A stretch of DNA of 52,593 bases from a virus (lineage: Duplodnaviria; Caudoviricetes): positions 1 to 52,593 of the IMG/VR virus record IMGVR_UViG_3300050119_000254. One strand, 5' to 3'. Below the pieces are notes generated by a model. It saw only the letters and a program-made list of their open reading frames with translations. It ran no database searches and was not told where the DNA came from. The position numbers and the translations under genes were made by a program. Numbering within the stretch: the first letter of the stretch is position 1; each line of letters opens with the position of its first letter. Shown piece by piece: positions 47,313 through 52,593 of this stretch.

Positions 47313-48065
47313 GTCGCCGACGATCGGGATGGATCGGTCGTAGGCGAACCCGCACTTGTCGCAGCTAATCCACCAGGTGTAATCGATCCCGCACGATTGG
47401 TCCTCGACCGCCTCACTGAACGCCACCATATTGGGACCCACCAACATTCTCATATACTGCTCGGCCTCGTCAATGTTAACGATGTCGGTGAAGTTGACCG
47501 ACGCCAGATGGTGAGCCATTCTGCGCACATAGGCGACCGACGCCTCCGACACCGCTCCGCCAGCGCTGCGCAGATCGCGGATGAACTTGTTGACCGCCCC
47601 GTCCTCGTTCACCGTGATGAGCTTAAGTCCAACCTTGTCGCCGCCGTTGGGAAGCGTGACCTCCATGGCGGGGGGATTCAACCGGCTCCAGACCTTCACA
47701 GGCAGCTGCTCAGGGACCTTGATGTTAATGGTCTCCGTGACGTCGCAGTTGGGACACTGGCAACGGAACGTGTAGGTTTCCCCATAGGTCAGAGCTCGGG
47801 CCACCGCCAAGATCAGAAACTGGTCAGCCACGACTAGCTCTCCAACGTTGAAGCCGGGCGGCAGCTTGGCCACCCTGCCGGTGATGAACTTACGCTTGTC
47901 GTGGGACGTGGAGTTACCCATCAGATAGCCCTCAGTCTCCAAGCTGAACGGCTCCACCGTCACGGTCTCGGGGAAGTCCGGATGAAGCTTCAGATAAGGT
48001 AATCCGACGCTGGGGAGCCACACCTCCATCGGCAGGGCAGGGACTGTGCTGATGTTTGATTTCAT
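47211..48065 (-). CDS. baseplate hub / tail assembly chaperone (T4 gp26-like)
   Basis: LPS.G..Y, D..IL..AR..TYG, CPNC, CDKCG, DFF. Confidence 0.7.
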   Translation of the reverse strand: MKSNISTVPALPMEVWLPSVGLPYLKLHPDFPETVTVEPFSLETEGYLMGNSTSHDKRKFITGRVAKLPPGFNVGELVVADQFLILAVARALTYGETYTFRCQCPNCDVTETINIKVPEQLPVKVWSRLNPPAMEVTLPNGGDKVGLKLITVNEDGAVNKFIRDLRSAGGAVSEASVAYVRRMAHHLASVNFTDIVNIDEAEQYMRMLVGPNMVAFSEAVEDQSCGIDYTWWISCDKCGFAYDRSIPIVGDFFRGNRSRRPDPATSPKVAPLNPPPDGQPAVHA

Positions 48066-48075
48066 CCGTTGGTAG

Positions 48076-48687
48076 TTAGTGTCCAGCCTGCTGCGTCATG
48101 TATTTGAACAACGCTTTTTTGTTGACGAACGTGTTGCCGTCGTAGCGGATGCGGTTGTTGCCGAGCACGACCGCTGCCTTAGCGGATGTGGCGCGCTTGA
48201 ACCACATTTCCATATTTTCACCAGGTTGTAGCGCGGCGTTGAACCCAGTATCGGGCTTTTGGGCATCAGCTTGCTTGGTCTGAGCCTCGGCCAAGAGCAC
48301 GGTATCGACCGGAGGGTGGGTGGCCGAGACCGTCACGTCTGGAGCGTGTTGGAGCGGTGGCTTCTTGACGCCCGTGGACGTGATTGGAGTGTCGAACTCG
48401 CCGCCGGTGCGTGGAGGCTCCAATGGGGTCCGCGCGCGCTGGTCAACCTTCTTGTTCCAGTCTTTGAAGTGCGCATGCTTCGGATTATCTTCGAAGATAA
48501 ATCCAATTGTTTGCATCCGCACTTCCTCATCGAGCTCCTCCTGCCCAGCCGGGACGAGGTGGCCAGCGGCGTCGACGATCGGCTGTCCCGGATCAAGCGT
48601 GATGGGCGCCGAGCGCCCACTTCTGAGCGGAAACTGCACTGGATATGGGTTAAAATTGGCGTACCCTAAACGACGACCTTGCTTCAT
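48076..48687 (-). CDS. hypothetical protein
   Basis: 203 aa ORF. Confidence 0.6.
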   Translation of the reverse strand: MKQGRRLGYANFNPYPVQFPLRSGRSAPITLDPGQPIVDAAGHLVPAGQEELDEEVRMQTIGFIFEDNPKHAHFKDWNKKVDQRARTPLEPPRTGGEFDTPITSTGVKKPPLQHAPDVTVSATHPPVDTVLLAEAQTKQADAQKPDTGFNAALQPGENMEMWFKRATSAKAAVVLGNNRIRYDGNTFVNKKALFKYMTQQAGH

Positions 48688-48725
48688 GGTATAATAGTTG
48701 GTTGTTGGTCGAAAGAATGCAACGC

Positions 48726-49518
48726 CTAAATTTCGTAATCAGGATCGGGCCACACAACGTCCGGAATCTTTAGTGGGGACCGGCGACACGACCCGCAGGC
48801 GCCGCATGGCTTGCCAACTTCCAGAGGCCGTTCACAGCTGAACGTCAGAATGGCCAGTTCGCCCAAATCGTCGGCGATCTCCTGTTTGGACGTCTTGAGG
48901 AGTGGGAATGCCAGCTTGGGCAGCGTTGCACCGCAGATCCCTTGCAACGCCTCCCACACCTTGCGGATGTCGTCGATATAGGATACGGCATCGTCGTTTA
49001 TCACATGATTTGTCTCTGGTTTGAGACTTCCTGCTTCATCGACCCCGCTATGGCGGAATCTCGGCAGGCGTTAAGTTCGGGCGAATCCCGCCCTACTAAA
49101 AAATATCTAGCATTATCAGCGATAATGTTACCCTCAATTACAACGCGCGCCTAGATGTTGCAACGAGATTGTATCGTATACAACCTTAAGAGAAGCCGGT
49201 CACATATCCGATGGCCAACTGGTCATAACCATCGGGTAAGAACACTCCGGCCAGCATCCACACCGGAACCTGAGCAAGGTCCACCAATAATCTGGCGTTG
49301 CCAAAGGCCCCGAACGAGATCAACTCTTGGCGATAGGTAAAATGATATGGTTTGAAGTGCGCCAGCAATTTGTTGATGGCGGCTCGCTCGCTTTCCAATC
49401 TGTGTGGGGGAGCCGAATATTCGACATAGTAAGCCGACACCTCATCTCCACCTCTTAACAGCTTCTGGATCAGATAGGTTGAATCAAGTCCTCCACTCCA
49501 CAGCACGGCGGTCTTCAT
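48726..49518 (-). pseudogene. queC: QueC-like PP-loop ATPase interrupted by a 199-bp insertion
   Basis: LWSGGLDST; C-terminal SC..P....CGACGSC; GYV|INDDAVSY fuses in frame when the insert is removed. Confidence 0.8.
49007..49199 (-). mobile_element. non-coding mini-element carrying the TnpB element 3' end, flanked by 6-bp ATGTGA repeats
   Basis: 49007-49099 matches 32082-32179; TCACAT at 49001-49006 and 49200-49205. Confidence 0.85.
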
Positions 49519-49533
49519 GCTGGGCAAGAATGC

Positions 49534-49947
49534 TCAAGCTTGCAAATACTGGTGGATCGGGAACCCACAATATTCAGCTTGTTGTAGGAATAGCATCCGG
49601 CGCCTGCACTGATAGGAAGCATCTTGATCGTCGTCCTTGAGCGTTCCGACGAACCCCTCAACGTCCGCAGGCCAGCTTTCCGGTCGTTCGACCATCCGGG
49701 CTGGAATTGGTCGACATCCAGCCAAGGCGACCTGGACCGACATCAGGAGGGTCGATCCCCAAATGTGACGTGATAATGTTCGGCAATGTTGGACCATTGA
49801 CCGGATCGTCGCGTCAACCTCCTCGTAGGCTAGATCGGCCTCCCGCCAGTCCTCGGCCAGCAAGTGGCACAGCCTCCATGCCGCTCCAGCATTGTAGGGC
49901 TGCCCATACATGGATTGGGCATGATGCCAGGCAGCTAAACTATCCAA
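49534..49947 (-). CDS. hypothetical protein
   Basis: 137 aa ORF. Confidence 0.5.
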   Translation of the reverse strand: MDSLAAWHHAQSMYGQPYNAGAAWRLCHLLAEDWREADLAYEEVDATIRSMVQHCRTLSRHIWGSTLLMSVQVALAGCRPIPARMVERPESWPADVEGFVGTLKDDDQDASYQCRRRMLFLQQAEYCGFPIHQYLQA

Positions 49948-49950
49948 GCT

Positions 49951-50124
49951 TTACTCTTCGAGCCGCTGCACCGACTCCAGCAAAGGCGTCGGTTTGGCAG
50001 TGCTCTCCGTGATGACCTGTTGGATGGCAGCGTCAGCGGCAGCCTTGGTCGGGTAAGATTGAGATCCATGACGATGCTTGGATTGCTTGTCGCGGATTAT
50101 CCATTCGTTAGTGTTGTTGCTCAT
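49951..50124 (-). CDS. small hypothetical protein
   Basis: MSNNTNEWII..YPTKAAADAAI..VITES..LLES. Confidence 0.5.
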   Translation of the reverse strand: MSNNTNEWIIRDKQSKHRHGSQSYPTKAAADAAIQQVITESTAKPTPLLESVQRLEE

Positions 50125-50848
50125 GTTGAAAAAGAACGCAAAAGTAAAGAAGCCTGCTAAGAAGAAGCAGAAGCCTAAGATTCCCGTTAATCTGCCCAAG
50201 CCTCCCAAGTCGCCGAACTGGCAGAAAATGGGCGCGGGATCATCAGCGGCCCATCTGCATAAGGCGGCGGAAAAAGAAGTTCAGAAGGTAGCAGCTACTC
50301 CGCTCCCGCCCGTTACCATATCAATGGTGCAGCAGTCGATCAGACCGGGCACATGGCCAGCGCTGTCGAGTCCGTCGCTGAGCATGTTAGATGAGGCGGT
50401 TAGCTTCGTCGCCGAAGGAAAGCCCGTTTCGAAGGAGTTCTTAGGATCACTGCGGCGCATGCTGTCGTCGATGGAAGAGAGGATGGAGCTCATCAACGTG
50501 ACGTTCCAGCACCATCAGGCGCACCGGCTGCGCAAGATCCATGGGGCGTTGGAGCAACTGGAGGCGATCGTGTTCAACCCCGAGCAGATCGAACGACTGG
50601 AGCCTGACCAGCAGATTAAGCTGATTCAGCTCCTTTACAGTGAGTCCGGGGCCATCACCAAGAGCATGGCAGCTTCCTCCGACATCCCGAATTCCGAAGC
50701 GATTGACGCCTCGGTTGATCCGGCCCAGATCCAGGCCCATGAAGTGGCCAAGAAGGCGGCTGGTAATATGCCAGCCAAGACCCGGAGGGCGCTACGCGAC
50801 ACCTTAGCTAAACTGGTGCAAACATCACGTAAGAGCATCAAAGTTTAA
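50123..50848 (+). CDS. hypothetical helical protein with Lys-rich N-terminus
   Basis: long ORF. Confidence 0.65.
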   Translation: MLKKNAKVKKPAKKKQKPKIPVNLPKPPKSPNWQKMGAGSSAAHLHKAAEKEVQKVAATPLPPVTISMVQQSIRPGTWPALSSPSLSMLDEAVSFVAEGKPVSKEFLGSLRRMLSSMEERMELINVTFQHHQAHRLRKIHGALEQLEAIVFNPEQIERLEPDQQIKLIQLLYSESGAITKSMAASSDIPNSEAIDASVDPAQIQAHEVAKKAAGNMPAKTRRALRDTLAKLVQTSRKSIKV

Positions 50849-50849
50849 G

Positions 50850-51149
50850 ATGTTTGAGGAATTCAACACTTTCGCATCGCAGTGGACGACGCCAGACGGC
50901 CAGAAGCCAGAAGTCAACGCCGATTGCGCACATTTTATGCAAGAACAAATCAAAGTAATGTCACAAACTTGGAACATCAGTCTCACTCAACCGCAGGACG
51001 AATCCAAAGGTCGCAAGTGGGCTCTCAACCGTGAGATTACGGTTTGCGCCGAAGACGTTCACGGCGCCATCAAGATCGCGGAGCGTGAGTATCCGGATGG
51101 CATCATCCATAAGGTGCAGCGCGCCCAATCAATTCACTTCTTCTCCTAG
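50850..51149 (+). CDS. hypothetical protein
   Basis: ORF in operon. Confidence 0.5.
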   Translation: MFEEFNTFASQWTTPDGQKPEVNADCAHFMQEQIKVMSQTWNISLTQPQDESKGRKWALNREITVCAEDVHGAIKIAEREYPDGIIHKVQRAQSIHFFS

Positions 51150-51157
51150 GTATCACC

Positions 51158-51901
51158 ATGTCACTTCTTGATGAGAACTACACCTTAGACGCCCTTCGTA
51201 GCTTCATTCTCAAGCGCCTAGGTGGCGCGATCTGGCGGATTGAGGGCAGCGACCAGGGTAACACCGATAACATCGACCAATCGATCTCGATCGCCTTGCA
51301 CGCCTATTCGCGCCGGGTGCCGTTACAAGTGTTCACCTCGTTCCCGACCACTTCGGCCAAGACCAGCTACGACATCAAGAGGATGTGCCGACGACTGCAC
51401 GACAAGACCATCTATACGGTGGGCCGGGTCGATTTCGTGACGGCCAGCTTAGTGGTGTCGCCGTTCACGGCCAGTCTCGTTGGCGTGGCTCCATTATTGA
51501 ACATGGAAGGGCAGGACTTCGACATGTTCTTGACATGGCGCAAGACATTTCAGCGCGTGACTGGCATTGAGCCTAAATGGCTCTGGGAGGAGGATGAGCA
51601 GATGCTCCGAATCTATAACCCAGTGCACAATTCAGTGGCAGGTGTGTTGGTCATGTGCAGTCGTGATTTCGATCATGTTCGGTTGCTACACAAGGATTGG
51701 TTGCGAAGAGCAGCGTTGGCTAACGCCAAGGAACAGCTCGGCATCCATCGCGGCAAATTCGGCGGCGCTCTTCCTGGTCCGGGCGGCACTAGCCTAACTT
51801 TGGACGCTACCAAAATGATTGACGATGCGCGCGCCGAACTGGAGAAACTTAACGAAGAATTGTTTAAGTTTCAAACGAAGGCAGTTCCACTCTGGGATTG
51901 A
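51158..51901 (+). CDS. neck/head-completion protein (T4 gp13-like)
   Basis: I..RLG, W.RR.ALA..K..LG..RGKF....PGPGG..TL.A...DDA..E.EKL. Confidence 0.8.
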   Translation: MSLLDENYTLDALRSFILKRLGGAIWRIEGSDQGNTDNIDQSISIALHAYSRRVPLQVFTSFPTTSAKTSYDIKRMCRRLHDKTIYTVGRVDFVTASLVVSPFTASLVGVAPLLNMEGQDFDMFLTWRKTFQRVTGIEPKWLWEEDEQMLRIYNPVHNSVAGVLVMCSRDFDHVRLLHKDWLRRAALANAKEQLGIHRGKFGGALPGPGGTSLTLDATKMIDDARAELEKLNEELFKFQTKAVPLWD

Positions 51902-52473
51902 AACATTCGTTCTGATGTGAAGATATGTAAACATTGTGGCTCGAGCTTTAAGCCCCACTCAGGTGGAGTTTGGAAGTTCTGCACAAGATTGTGTCGCATA
52001 CGTGCTGCTGAGATTGTTCGAAGGCAGCGGCAAACAATTACTAGACGTTGTAGATATTGCAACGGGAGTGTCACAGGTGATACTCAGATGTGTGAGCCAT
52101 GTCTAATTAGGTGGCGTGAATATGGCAGGACGAAGCGTATCAAGTTGAAGCTTGATGTGATTGAGGCATATGGTGGAGTATGTGCGTGTTGTGGCGATGC
52201 GCACCATGAGTTTTTAACTATTGATCATATTGACGGTCGGGGAGCAGCACATCGACTTGAACTTAGCAAAGGCAAAAAGAGCAACTATGGTACGGTGTCG
52301 TTTTACATATGGTTGCGCAAGAATGGGTTCCCTAAGGACAACTTTCGACTTTTGTGTTTCAACTGTAATTGTGCACGTAGCACTTGTGGGTATTGTCCAC
52401 ACGAAGTGGAACAAGTGAGTCGGGTAGGGCTCACCATATGCGCCGGGGATTGAAACATTCGTTCTGGTGTGAA
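51894..52473 (+). repeat. 28-bp direct repeats flanking an HNH gene
   Basis: GGGATTGAAACATTCGTTCTG[A/G]TGTGAA at 51894-51921 and 52446-52473. Confidence 0.9.
51917..52453 (+). CDS. HNH-type homing endonuclease
   Basis: AYGGVCACCG..FLTIDHI.G..GFP..FRLLCFNCN. Confidence 0.85.
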   Translation: MKICKHCGSSFKPHSGGVWKFCTRLCRIRAAEIVRRQRQTITRRCRYCNGSVTGDTQMCEPCLIRWREYGRTKRIKLKLDVIEAYGGVCACCGDAHHEFLTIDHIDGRGAAHRLELSKGKKSNYGTVSFYIWLRKNGFPKDNFRLLCFNCNCARSTCGYCPHEVEQVSRVGLTICAGD

Positions 52474-52593
52474 CCCGAACGCTAAACCGGTAAGCCTTGT
52501 AGATTTGCCGAAGTTCGGCAGCTTGACCGTCATTGACGATCGGGAGACGATGCTGTCGACGGATAGTGTGATGGTGCGGTGCGATTGCGGAGT
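52469..52593 (+). CDS. partial ORF, N-terminus typical of HNH/AP2 endonucleases
   Basis: KFGSLTVI...VRCDCG; runs off the window. Confidence 0.55.
   Translation, partial: MNPNAKPVSLVDLPKFGSLTVIDDRETMLSTDSVMVRCDCG

Noticed and set aside
49001-49205. Group I intron / IStron in the QueC-like gene
   Set aside because: No junction placement gives both an exon-terminal U and an intron-terminal G, and no recognisable catalytic core is visible; RT-PCR would still be the definitive test.

Overview
This window is part of a large T4-like myovirus (jumbo-phage-like) genome. Structural genes: fused gp21-like prohead protease/scaffold, gp23-like major capsid protein, gp13-like neck protein, PAAR spike and a baseplate hub/chaperone. 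Recombination genes: RecA/UvsX, gp32-like SSB, UvsY-like protein and a DinG helicase. DNA-modification genes: two Mom-like proteins, a C5 methyltransferase and a QueC-like protein. Other cargo: Tad1-like and Acb1-like anti-defence genes, several HNH endonucleases, and a TnpB element with a 199-bp derivative. The main unexplained signal is a peptide-tag grammar across many accessory genes. (i) 14 exact DLPES motifs split polyproteins into mostly ~60-160 aa modules. (ii) Four proteins end in a DLPES-L[AV][DN][RQ]LL[GN] tail. (iii) Small stand-alone genes end in DLP(x)-stop. (iv) An 11-aa leader M-[NTS]-P-x-x-[FY]-x-x-L-[LIV]-E occurs six times, including on the Acb1-like and GNAT enzymes. Together these look like a prohead-protease-processed system for loading effectors into the capsid; this is inference. 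All family assignments come from motif recognition by eye; no searches were run. Several genes carry frameshifts that may be sequencing errors.
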